The notes beneath the pieces are model-generated. The model was not told the origin of the DNA, did no database searches, and worked only from the letters and a program-made list of their open reading frames with translations. Below, one piece after another: positions 1-9,120 of a DNA stretch of 64,000 nt. Position 1 is the stretch's first letter; the number at the start of each line of letters is the position of its first letter. This DNA is from an uncultured Planctomycetia bacterium (GTDB lineage Bacteria > Omnitrophota > Gorgyraeia > Taenaricolales > CAZCCH01). The DNA lies in the NCBI GenBank assembly GCA_964497315.1, contig CAZCCH010000007.1, forward strand, positions 4,503 through 68,502. Direction: 5' to 3'. The position numbers were made by a program, and so were the translations under genes.

Positions 1-3000
1 ACCCAATTTCTTGAATGCTAGAAAATACAATGTCTTTTCTCTAAGAATAAAATCTGAGCAGGTCAATCCAGATATCGTTTTAAAATTGGAAGACAATGAT
101 GAGGTGCCAGCGCGAAGAATGAGCGTTAACCTGACAGATTATTCTACTGTGGATGGTACTTGGAGGACTATTGACATACCCCTGTCAGATTTTACATATA
201 AAGACTACAGTATTAATGATTTATATTCTGTTGCGTTAATATTTATGAACGCATCAGGGACTATCTATATTGATGACATCATGTTTAAATACGATCCTTC
301 ACTTGAGCCTGTGGACAGCGCGCATCTTCCAACCGTAAAACCGCCAAGTGAGGGAATGGTGCAAATAATAGGTAATAAACTTTGTATTAATGGCCAGCCA
401 TTTTTTGCTAAATCCGTCGGCTATCAGCCGACACCAGTAGGCCAACATGGGGGCAGTTGGGATAAGACGCAATCGGCAATATTCCAAAGGGATTTTCCTC
501 TTATTAAAGCAATGGGTGTGAATACTATAAAAACTTGGTCAGAGGTAAGTTCTGAAATGATGTATGAGGCAACACAGCATGGTCTTATGGTTGTGGCAGG
601 ATTTTACATAGATGGCTCGGAAGATTTTACAGACTCTGGCGTTAAGGATAGAATAAAGACAGCCTTCAGGGAATATGTAAACGATTTTAAAGATAGCCCA
701 AATCTTCTAATATGGTCTGTAGGAAATGAACAGAATAGGGTATATGCTGGAGATGACCTCAGTGACTGGTATTCTTTTGCAAATGAACTTGCCCAAATAG
801 CATATGAAGAAGAAGGAGGGAGCTATCATCCTGTCTTAATAGACAATGCAGGTATTGGATATGTTGGATATGCTCAAAAGGCAGCAGATGATGATTCTTT
901 GACATATGTAGATGTCTGGGGACTTAGTTTTTATAGGCCTCGGGGTGAGAATATTAACTTTGCCTTTGCTGATGTGTTTGAGAAAACCCATAAGCCGGTA
1001 TTCATAACAGAGTTTGGCGTGGATGCTTATGATGATGATACTGGTACTGAGGACCAGAGTGCTCAGGCAGCGTGGGATGGGGACCTATGGAACGATTTAT
1101 CTGTTGCAGAGAATTGCATAGGATGTAGTGTTTTTGAGTATTCAGATGAGTGGTGGAAGTTTTCCAGTGGTTCAGTATCGGAGCATGATGCAGGTGGTTG
1201 GGCGGTTTCCGTTGATGGTGTGGCACCGGATAATTACTCTAATGAAGAATTCTACGGCCTGGTGTTTATTGAAGATAATGGAGATAGTGTGGATAATGTG
1301 CATACGCGACTTGCCTATAATACATTACAGGAAAGATATTACCGTACTGGCCGCTTATTTCTTGAAATTACACGGCCTGCTACGCCAACAAATATCAGTG
1401 CCTCCATCCTATCTGGCAATGACGTTACTTTGACATGGGATGTGGTGAGCGGAGATATCGCCGGTTATAATATTTACCGCAGTCAAGAATCAGGCGGTGG
1501 ATTTATCAGATTAAACAGCTCATCAATAGCTTCCACAAGTTACATTGATACAGGAGTACAAGAAGGTAATACATACTATTATTTGGTGACTGCTGTTAAT
1601 TCAGATCATATTCCTGTTGAGGGAGCGGCTTCTGAAGAAATAGAAATAGATGCAAACCCGAACGAAGCTCCGACAATAATAGGGTTGCCTGATAGGGATT
1701 TAGACGAAGATACAACCGCTAATGATATAACAGACCTGTGGACATATGCACAAGATGACAATGACACTGATGCGCAGATGGTATTTAGCATTACCGCAAA
1801 CACAGAGCCAGACTGTGGCGTGACCATTGATTCAAACCGCTATATAGACATAGCGCCTACGGGAAATTGGTTTGGCACAAGCGAGGTTACTATCCGCGTT
1901 ACTGACAGAGGTGGCCTTTATGATGAGGATATATTTACCATAACCGTGGATTCCGTTAATGACGCACCCACCATTTCATCAGTCTCAATAACTCCAGATC
2001 CGGCCTATACTAACTCTACGCTGACTACCGTAGTTTCCGGCTGGAATGACGCAGAGGGAGCATCTGAAGATTATATATATCAGTGGTGGGAATATGATGG
2101 TGATGAATGGGAAGAGATAGATGACCAAACTTCCAACACCCTGACTGGTTCCTTCTTCCAAAAAGATGACCAGATAAAGATAATCTGCACACCAACAGAC
2201 GGAGAAGATGAGGGAACTTCTCAAGAAGATATAATTACCATATCAAATGCAGTACCAACACCACCAACAGTAGATATAACACCAAGTTCACCTACAACAG
2301 ATGATAACCTAATCTGTGCTATAACAGGTCACAGCACAGACTCAGACAGCGACCCAATCTCATACTCCTATGCCTGGTACAAAGATGGTGAATTACAGGC
2401 AGGCCTTACTACTAATACAGTCTTAGCAACTTTTACATCAAGAAATGAAATCTGGAGATGTGAAGTAAGAGGTGATGATGGGACAGCTTATAGTACAGCT
2501 GGTACAGTTCAGGTCCAGATAGATAACTTTATACCAACGGCATCTAATTTATCCATTACACCATCAAATCCAAAGACAACCGATACCATAAGAGCTGACT
2601 ACACCTACTCTGACCCAGATAGTGACCCAGAAAGCGGTAGCCGAATAAGATGGTATAGAGATGAAGAAGTTCAAGCAGGCTGCAATGACCAGACGACAGT
2701 TCCATCAACTGCTACACAAAAAGGCGAATCTTGGTATTTCACAGTCGAACCCAGTGATGGCGCAAGCTTTGGAACCATGGTTACTTCTAGTACTGTTACA
2801 ATACTTAACTCGACTCCCAATATCACCTCAGTTTCCATCATACCAGTTTTAGCCTTCACAGAAACAGACTTAATTGCTATACCAGCTGGTTGGTATGATG
2901 CAGATGGTGATGATGAAGCTTATTTATACCAATGGCAGGAGAACCAAGGCGGCAGCTGGTATGATATAGAAAGTGCTACATCGAGTACCCTAGACCACGC

Positions 3001-6000
3001 AAACTTCCAAAAAGATAACCAGATAAAGATAATCTGCACACCAACAGATGGAGAAGATGAGGGTACACCAAAAGAAAGTACAATCACAATCTCTAATTCA
3101 CCGCCATCGGTAACATCCGTTTCCATAACTCCAGACCCATCCTATATAGACGATATCTTAACAGCCACCCCCGCAGGCTGGAATGATGTAGATGGAGATG
3201 ATGAAGGTTATTTATATCAGTGGCATAATCAAGATGGAGCTATGGCAGGAGAGACTAATTCAACCTTAACCAATGCAAATTTTGATACCGCAGACCTGAT
3301 ACATTGCATAGTAACTCCTACCGATGGAATTGATACAGGTGAGCCTGAGAGCAGTGATGAGGTATTGATATATGATGTATATATCAGCCAGGGTGCGCAG
3401 TTGCACGACACCGCAGAATGGGAATTGGCTTTGGCCTGGTCGCTTGATAGTACAGAAATTGCATTCATACAACAATTTGCAGAAGGAAGCGAAGCTTTTA
3501 ATGTCTTCATAAAGACCGCTGATGGTTCTGGCCAGCCCGTTCAGGTTACGACTGACTCGGATAATGTAGTTTGGTCTTCTCAATTAAGCTGGGCGTATGA
3601 CGCAAGCAAGGTTGCATTTGTATCCAGGCCTGCAGATAAAGAAAAAATAATGCTGGCAAATGTTGACGGCTCAGGCGTCGAAACACTTTTGAGTGATGAT
3701 GCAATAGATTACAACAATCCATTTTTTGCCTGGATGCAACCTGATGAACAACGCAGGTTATTCTATGCAAAGGATTATGATATATACTGCGTTGCCGTCG
3801 ATACCAACGGCAGTATTGTTGGTGAAGAACTCCGGATAAGTGATTTAAGAGGTACGCATGATCGTTGTGTGGGTATTTCAGTTTCTCCTGATGGAGCAAA
3901 GCTCGCCTTCATAAATGATAGATCAGGCCAGCCAGGGGGGCATCGCGGCGTATATGCAATAGACAATCTCGAAAGTATTATTGATGGTTCAAGAGGAACA
4001 GTTGAACAATGGTCGGATTCTGATTTGATTAAGCTAGCAGACTTTTCTAATGGAAAGCTGGAGACCTCCTGGTCCCGCAGTGGCTCAATGGTCTATTTCA
4101 GCGTAGATTCTAACGATGTCTATGATCCATCTGGATATCCTAATTTGAATACAGTGTATACAGGATGCGATTTTGATGTATATAAGGTAAGCTCAGAAGG
4201 CGGCACAGCTTCTAAGGTTGACGATCAAGATTACAGTCAATGCCATATGCAATATTCGCCTGATGGCAATAGGATTTCCTATTGGAGTGATTTAGACGGA
4301 GACGGTGACATATATATAGTAACGCTTGCTGCGGGCAGTCCGAGTATTGTCCTTAAAGATGTGGTTACCGGTTCAGTTGAATACACCAATTCTCAGACGG
4401 TGAATGTCGAGCTGAGTGTTTTCAATGGAAGTTACTACATGAAAAGCGAAGACTCCAATTTCACAGATGCGGAATGGGTTGCCTCAACATTTCCCACAAC
4501 CGTTACACATACCTTCCTTACAGACACTGATGAAACCAAGACTGTCTATGCTAAGTTTAAAAACGACCTTGATGTTGAAAGTGCCGTAGTCAGTGATACT
4601 ATAGAACTGATTACAGAAATGCCAATTTTAGTTAGTATATCGTTATCTGATCAAAACACAGACTCGACTACAAAGACAAATGACCCTGTAGTAGATGTAG
4701 CTGTAAATGTAAGCGGTTCAGTGGCAGATATGATTTTGTCAGAAAATCCTGATTTTGCCGGCTCAGATTGGCAATTCTTCTTGGAAACAACTACCTTTAC
4801 CTTATCCAGCGGCGATAGAGAAAAGACAGTTTATTGCAAGGTAAGAAATATCGTTCAGAATGAAAGCAATACGGCAAGCGATGCAATCGCTTTAGATAGG
4901 CTAGGGCCCTCAGCAGTGTCTAACCTAATAGCTAACTGTCCTGTTGACAGCCGTGTTGTTAGCCTGGCATGGGAAAACCCGTCAGAGTCAGATTTCGAAA
5001 TGACAATGATAAGAAGGAAAACAGACAGTTATCCATCTGATAGAAATGATGGTACGCAAGTGTATTACGGTTCTGGTACCTCAGTTACAGATACTGTACC
5101 TGAAGAGAAAACCCAGTATTACTATAGGGCCTGGTCTCATGATGATATACAGAATTGGTCAGATGATTATGCCCAAAAAGAGGTAACCAGTGGCGACACA
5201 CAAGACCCGGACCAAATTGTAAACTTTACTGCCACTGCCAGCGATACGGAACTTAGCATAACCCTCAGTTGGGAAAGACCTGTATCTGATGATTATGCAG
5301 GTGTGGTGATTAGAAGAAGCACTGATTCTGCGCCTACGAACATTACTGATGGGGAACTCGTGGTTGATTCATCCCTTACATCTTATGAGGATGAGAGCCT
5401 AAAAGAATATACCCATTACTATTATTCAGCCTTTTCCTATGATGACATCGGCAGATATAGCCCTTCTGTGTCGGCAAATACCAGAACAGGCGATTTTTCT
5501 CTGCCATTTGTTGAAGACTTAAAGCCACAGAACGGGACAGCACAAATACCCTGCGATACAAATATCTTACTGCATATAAAAGATACCCTTAGCGGCGTAG
5601 ATAGAGATTCCATTGTTTTAGAGGTAAACGGTGAGGATATCAACCTGATAAATCCTGAAGTTGTTTTAGAGGAACAACGGGAAGATTTTCAGCCCTATGC
5701 CTTTATAGCAGGAACGCCGCAGGATTATCTGATAGCTTATGACTCACAAGAAGATTTTAATTCTGAGCAAGAAGTAAATGTATCCATTCAGGCAAATGAC
5801 CTTTACTCAATAACCAACCGACTAAGCTATGAATATTCTTTCATAACGCAAATGATGGATATCGGGGGAAATGTTAGGGTTAATGATCCTGCGATTGCAA
5901 CCCCTGATTTAACTACTCAACCTCAGTCCTCAATTGCGATTGGAGGAGGCAATGCCAAAAACATCTATGTTGCATGGGAGGTCAAAGGCGGGACAGGGAA

Positions 6001-7699
6001 TGACTGGGATATCTATTTTGCTAAGTCTATAGATTCAGGTAGCAGTTTTAGTGAGAGTAAAAAGGTATACGAAGACTTGGGAGGGTTTAATCAGAGAAGG
6101 CCTCAGATTGCAATCGACAGTAGAGGCAATATTTTTATAGCGTATCAAGGTCAGGATGAAGGAGGCAATACCAATATTTACCTTACAGCCTCAAGTGATG
6201 GCGGAGAGACATTTGACTCCCCCAGGCTGATAAATGAAAATCTGCTTTTGGCAGAGTCGCCTTCTATAGCCATATCAAACAACAATCGTATACATCTGGC
6301 CTGGACGGAGCACACAGAAGCAGGTAATTGGGTAGTATACTATACTCTGTTAAGAAATTTTTCAGCCAATGCCGGTGAGATAATCAGGGTCGACGATGGA
6401 ACATTTACTAGTTTTAGAGGTACGCCTTTACTTAAACTTACTCAAAGCGGAGATCCGCATGTTGTTTTCTGTGGCAATAAAGGCGCAGGCTTTCATATAT
6501 ACCTTTCAAAACAAGAAGGAAGTGATTTTACTAGCCCTGTGCAAATAGATGCAAGCACAGCAGTCGCTGACTCACCAACCTTTGACATTTCTGCGAATGG
6601 AAGAAATATCTATGTAGCATGGGTGGACACAAGAAGTAGCAAGAAAGATATATGTTTTGCAAAATCCACAGATTCCGGAGCAAACTTTACAGAGACAACC
6701 CAAATTACTGATGATTCACTGCAGTTGGATAAAATATCGCCGCGTCTTTGTATAGACTCTCAACAGAAGGTGTACCTGGCTTGGTCTGACATGAGAAACG
6801 ATGACGGTGATATTTACTTTGCGCAGTCTTTGGACGGCGGTACATCTTTTGGCACCAACATATTAATAAACGATGATGCAGGCAGTGCCTGGCAGGGAAA
6901 TCCAGTTCTGGCAATAGATAATTCAGCAAAACATGTATATTTTATCTGGTCAGATGCCAGAAACGAAAAAATCGAGGTATGCTTTAGCAAGAATTCAACA
7001 GCCGAAGTCCATTCTTCTAACTTAATAGAGCCTGAAGAAGGTGGTTCAGTTACAGTTGAAGAAGGTTCGGATATTGAAGGGACCACTGTAACCATACCGC
7101 AGGGTGCCCTGGAGGTAGATACGAATATTTCTATTGGCCAAGTGGATAGTCCGCCGGAATTCACGACATTGGCCAACATTGCATTCGTCGGTAAAGCAAT
7201 AAGCCTGGGGCCAGGAGGTACAACATTTGGAGCTCCAATAACGATAAGGATTCCATATACGCAGGCAGATTTGGATACAGTTGGTGTACCTGCGGCAAAT
7301 TTAGCGATATATTACTATAACGAGACGACGACAATTTGGGAAAGGTTGCCGAGTGTTGTGTACCCTACGTACGTGGAGGCCCAGATAGAGCATTTCTCAT
7401 TGTTTATCTTAGGCGGTGAGGCTGTATTAGGCGGCCTTTTGTATAACATGGGCCTTGGGAGTTGTTTCATAGCCACCGCTGCCTATGGTACGCCTTTAGC
7501 AGATGAAGTTGGCATCCTTTGCGAATTCAGGGATAGGCATTTATTGAAAAATGAATTAGGCAGAAGATTTGTCAGGTTTTACTACAAGACGAGCCCGCCA
7601 ATCGCAAAGACTATATCGAAAAGCTGGCTGCTGAAGAAAATCGTCCGGTTTTTACTCCGGCCCATAGTGGAGGTTGTAAGCAGATGTATTACAATGTAG
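1..7699 (+). CDS. Giant modular secreted/surface protein, probably 5'-truncated by the window: CBM-like domain, clan GH-A (GH2-like) TIM barrel, FN3, cadherin/Ig-like repeats, TolB/PD40 propeller, FN3, Asp-box (BNR) propeller, ZU5-like domain, CFI-box-CTERM
   Basis: Frame is open from position 2 and there is no signal peptide or RBS at the TTG at 11. GH-A motifs WSVGNE and FITEFG; FN3 'LTWD..GYNIYRS..YYYLVTAVN'; 'VSPDGAKLAF' and 'YSPDGNRISY'; repeated S.D.G..F Asp-boxes; C-terminal 'GSCFIATAAYGTPLADEVGILCEFRD'. Confidence 0.85.
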   Translation, partial: PNFLNARKYNVFSLRIKSEQVNPDIVLKLEDNDEVPARRMSVNLTDYSTVDGTWRTIDIPLSDFTYKDYSINDLYSVALIFMNASGTIYIDDIMFKYDPSLEPVDSAHLPTVKPPSEGMVQIIGNKLCINGQPFFAKSVGYQPTPVGQHGGSWDKTQSAIFQRDFPLIKAMGVNTIKTWSEVSSEMMYEATQHGLMVVAGFYIDGSEDFTDSGVKDRIKTAFREYVNDFKDSPNLLIWSVGNEQNRVYAGDDLSDWYSFANELAQIAYEEEGGSYHPVLIDNAGIGYVGYAQKAADDDSLTYVDVWGLSFYRPRGENINFAFADVFEKTHKPVFITEFGVDAYDDDTGTEDQSAQAAWDGDLWNDLSVAENCIGCSVFEYSDEWWKFSSGSVSEHDAGGWAVSVDGVAPDNYSNEEFYGLVFIEDNGDSVDNVHTRLAYNTLQERYYRTGRLFLEITRPATPTNISASILSGNDVTLTWDVVSGDIAGYNIYRSQESGGGFIRLNSSSIASTSYIDTGVQEGNTYYYLVTAVNSDHIPVEGAASEEIEIDANPNEAPTIIGLPDRDLDEDTTANDITDLWTYAQDDNDTDAQMVFSITANTEPDCGVTIDSNRYIDIAPTGNWFGTSEVTIRVTDRGGLYDEDIFTITVDSVNDAPTISSVSITPDPAYTNSTLTTVVSGWNDAEGASEDYIYQWWEYDGDEWEEIDDQTSNTLTGSFFQKDDQIKIICTPTDGEDEGTSQEDIITISNAVPTPPTVDITPSSPTTDDNLICAITGHSTDSDSDPISYSYAWYKDGELQAGLTTNTVLATFTSRNEIWRCEVRGDDGTAYSTAGTVQVQIDNFIPTASNLSITPSNPKTTDTIRADYTYSDPDSDPESGSRIRWYRDEEVQAGCNDQTTVPSTATQKGESWYFTVEPSDGASFGTMVTSSTVTILNSTPNITSVSIIPVLAFTETDLIAIPAGWYDADGDDEAYLYQWQENQGGSWYDIESATSSTLDHANFQKDNQIKIICTPTDGEDEGTPKESTITISNSPPSVTSVSITPDPSYIDDILTATPAGWNDVDGDDEGYLYQWHNQDGAMAGETNSTLTNANFDTADLIHCIVTPTDGIDTGEPESSDEVLIYDVYISQGAQLHDTAEWELALAWSLDSTEIAFIQQFAEGSEAFNVFIKTADGSGQPVQVTTDSDNVVWSSQLSWAYDASKVAFVSRPADKEKIMLANVDGSGVETLLSDDAIDYNNPFFAWMQPDEQRRLFYAKDYDIYCVAVDTNGSIVGEELRISDLRGTHDRCVGISVSPDGAKLAFINDRSGQPGGHRGVYAIDNLESIIDGSRGTVEQWSDSDLIKLADFSNGKLETSWSRSGSMVYFSVDSNDVYDPSGYPNLNTVYTGCDFDVYKVSSEGGTASKVDDQDYSQCHMQYSPDGNRISYWSDLDGDGDIYIVTLAAGSPSIVLKDVVTGSVEYTNSQTVNVELSVFNGSYYMKSEDSNFTDAEWVASTFPTTVTHTFLTDTDETKTVYAKFKNDLDVESAVVSDTIELITEMPILVSISLSDQNTDSTTKTNDPVVDVAVNVSGSVADMILSENPDFAGSDWQFFLETTTFTLSSGDREKTVYCKVRNIVQNESNTASDAIALDRLGPSAVSNLIANCPVDSRVVSLAWENPSESDFEMTMIRRKTDSYPSDRNDGTQVYYGSGTSVTDTVPEEKTQYYYRAWSHDDIQNWSDDYAQKEVTSGDTQDPDQIVNFTATASDTELSITLSWERPVSDDYAGVVIRRSTDSAPTNITDGELVVDSSLTSYEDESLKEYTHYYYSAFSYDDIGRYSPSVSANTRTGDFSLPFVEDLKPQNGTAQIPCDTNILLHIKDTLSGVDRDSIVLEVNGEDINLINPEVVLEEQREDFQPYAFIAGTPQDYLIAYDSQEDFNSEQEVNVSIQANDLYSITNRLSYEYSFITQMMDIGGNVRVNDPAIATPDLTTQPQSSIAIGGGNAKNIYVAWEVKGGTGNDWDIYFAKSIDSGSSFSESKKVYEDLGGFNQRRPQIAIDSRGNIFIAYQGQDEGGNTNIYLTASSDGGETFDSPRLINENLLLAESPSIAISNNNRIHLAWTEHTEAGNWVVYYTLLRNFSANAGEIIRVDDGTFTSFRGTPLLKLTQSGDPHVVFCGNKGAGFHIYLSKQEGSDFTSPVQIDASTAVADSPTFDISANGRNIYVAWVDTRSSKKDICFAKSTDSGANFTETTQITDDSLQLDKISPRLCIDSQQKVYLAWSDMRNDDGDIYFAQSLDGGTSFGTNILINDDAGSAWQGNPVLAIDNSAKHVYFIWSDARNEKIEVCFSKNSTAEVHSSNLIEPEEGGSVTVEEGSDIEGTTVTIPQGALEVDTNISIGQVDSPPEFTTLANIAFVGKAISLGPGGTTFGAPITIRIPYTQADLDTVGVPAANLAIYYYNETTTIWERLPSVVYPTYVEAQIEHFSLFILGGEAVLGGLLYNMGLGSCFIATAAYGTPLADEVGILCEFRDRHLLKNELGRRFVRFYYKTSPPIAKTISKSWLLKKIVRFLLRPIVEVVSRCITM
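2155..2217 (+). repeat. Intragenic direct repeat, copy 1 (63 nt; copy 2 at 3004-3066)
   Basis: cttccaaaaagatgaccagataaagataatctgcacaccaacagacggagaagatgagggaac; 3 mismatches to copy 2; both encode FQKD(D/N)QIKIICTPTDGEDEGT. Confidence 0.9.
3004..3066 (+). repeat. Intragenic direct repeat, copy 2
   Basis: cttccaaaaagataaccagataaagataatctgcacaccaacagatggagaagatgagggtac. Confidence 0.9.
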
Positions 7700-8307
7700 G
7701 CAAACTATGCAAATCGGATATCATATGTAGGTTTATTTTGATTTTGTGCATTGTGCTGATATCTTTTTGTGAATCTGAAGCTAGTGATTCCCATGAGGAA
7801 TGTAGGGATGCATTCTCCAATTTTAAACTCGTCGGCACTGTGATTTGCGAAGAACCGGTAGCGTGTTTTGAAGATGTTAAATCAGATAAGTTAGTTATTT
7901 GTAGGATAGGTGATAGAATAGGCCAGGCATATAAGGTTGCCGAGATAAATAGAGGAGAGGTTATTTTAGAAAGCGAATCAGATAAGGGTGTGTTAACATT
8001 ATGGACAGGCGCGGTTGACATGTATGAACCGAGTTGTTTGTCCTCTTTGGTAAGCATTAAGCCGGAAGTAGACACTGAAACCGGGGATTTCCTCGGGCTT
8101 AAGCTGGAGAAGATTAAACAGAAGCGCATAATTGAAATGGCAGGCATAAAAGAAGGAGACCTGATAAATAATATAAACGGCCAGGAGCTTTCCAGTCTGC
8201 AGAAGACTGTTCAGGTTATAAGGAAGGCCAAGAAGCTAAGCAATCTAAAGATAAGGCTTTTGCGAGACAATGAATCGATAATATTAAAATATGGAGGCGA
8301 AAAATGA
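7684..8307 (+). CDS. GspC/PulC-like type II secretion protein with C-terminal PDZ domain
   Basis: N-terminal hydrophobic helix; HR-like 'FKLVGTV...RIGDRIG.AYKVAEINRGEVIL'; PDZ 'AGIKEGDLINNINGQEL...IRLLRD'. Overlaps the stop of the giant gene. Confidence 0.65.
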   Translation: MYYNVGKLCKSDIICRFILILCIVLISFCESEASDSHEECRDAFSNFKLVGTVICEEPVACFEDVKSDKLVICRIGDRIGQAYKVAEINRGEVILESESDKGVLTLWTGAVDMYEPSCLSSLVSIKPEVDTETGDFLGLKLEKIKQKRIIEMAGIKEGDLINNINGQELSSLQKTVQVIRKAKKLSNLKIRLLRDNESIILKYGGEK

Positions 8308-9101
8308 TAAAATTCCAAACAAAATCTTTTAAGATTTTTATTTTGGTCATTGTATATTTGCTATCGAATATTGTTTGTGATTTATGTTACGCCGCAGAGC
8401 TCGGCAGCTCATTACAAACACTTGAAAATAAAAAATACGATATCGGTATCGGATATAAGTATCTTTTTGAAAAAGACCTCGTTGATAGCAATAAGATAGA
8501 GTCCTATAATGCCGAATATCTAAAACTGGCCTATGGCGTAGAAAATTATGCAAACCTGCACTTTAGGTTAGGAACTGCGAATATGAACACGCAAATAATG
8601 AACGCTGGGGCACTCTATGATGAGGGGTATTCCCATGGTTTTCTGTGGGGTCTTGGAGTTAGTCAATCCTATGATTTCCTGTGGGGTGAGGATATCTGGT
8701 TTGTAGGATATGATCTTGGCTACAATGCCTGGAAAGGTGATTTTGACTCTGTCGCACGGGAAGGCGTAGGCGGCAGCAATCTTCAAGGTGATATTAGCGT
8801 AGATGAACTGGCACTAACAACTTTCTTAGGTAGAGACTTCTATTTTTGGTGGGATTTAGATGAGGTTAAAGTAACCCCGTATGTTGGTCTTGAGGCCTCT
8901 TATCTTGAAATAAATAGAAACGATTTGAGATTTGAGATTTCAGGGACTGATTATCTCAGCAAAGGTTCGACACATTCAGATGACTATTTTGGTATTCTGG
9001 TGGGGTCAAATTTTGAATTTAACGATAAATGGTCAACAAATATCGAAGCGAGATTTCTTTCTGAGACTTCCGTCGGCATTTCTGGCAGGATAAAGTTTTA
9101 A
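8304..9101 (+). CDS. Outer-membrane beta-barrel protein
   Basis: Signal peptide; alternating aromatic/glycine beta strands ('VTPYVGLEASY'); C-terminal Phe ('GRIKF'). Confidence 0.7.
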   Translation: MIKFQTKSFKIFILVIVYLLSNIVCDLCYAAELGSSLQTLENKKYDIGIGYKYLFEKDLVDSNKIESYNAEYLKLAYGVENYANLHFRLGTANMNTQIMNAGALYDEGYSHGFLWGLGVSQSYDFLWGEDIWFVGYDLGYNAWKGDFDSVAREGVGGSNLQGDISVDELALTTFLGRDFYFWWDLDEVKVTPYVGLEASYLEINRNDLRFEISGTDYLSKGSTHSDDYFGILVGSNFEFNDKWSTNIEARFLSETSVGISGRIKF

Positions 9102-9120
9102 ATAGTTGCCCTGTTCCCAT

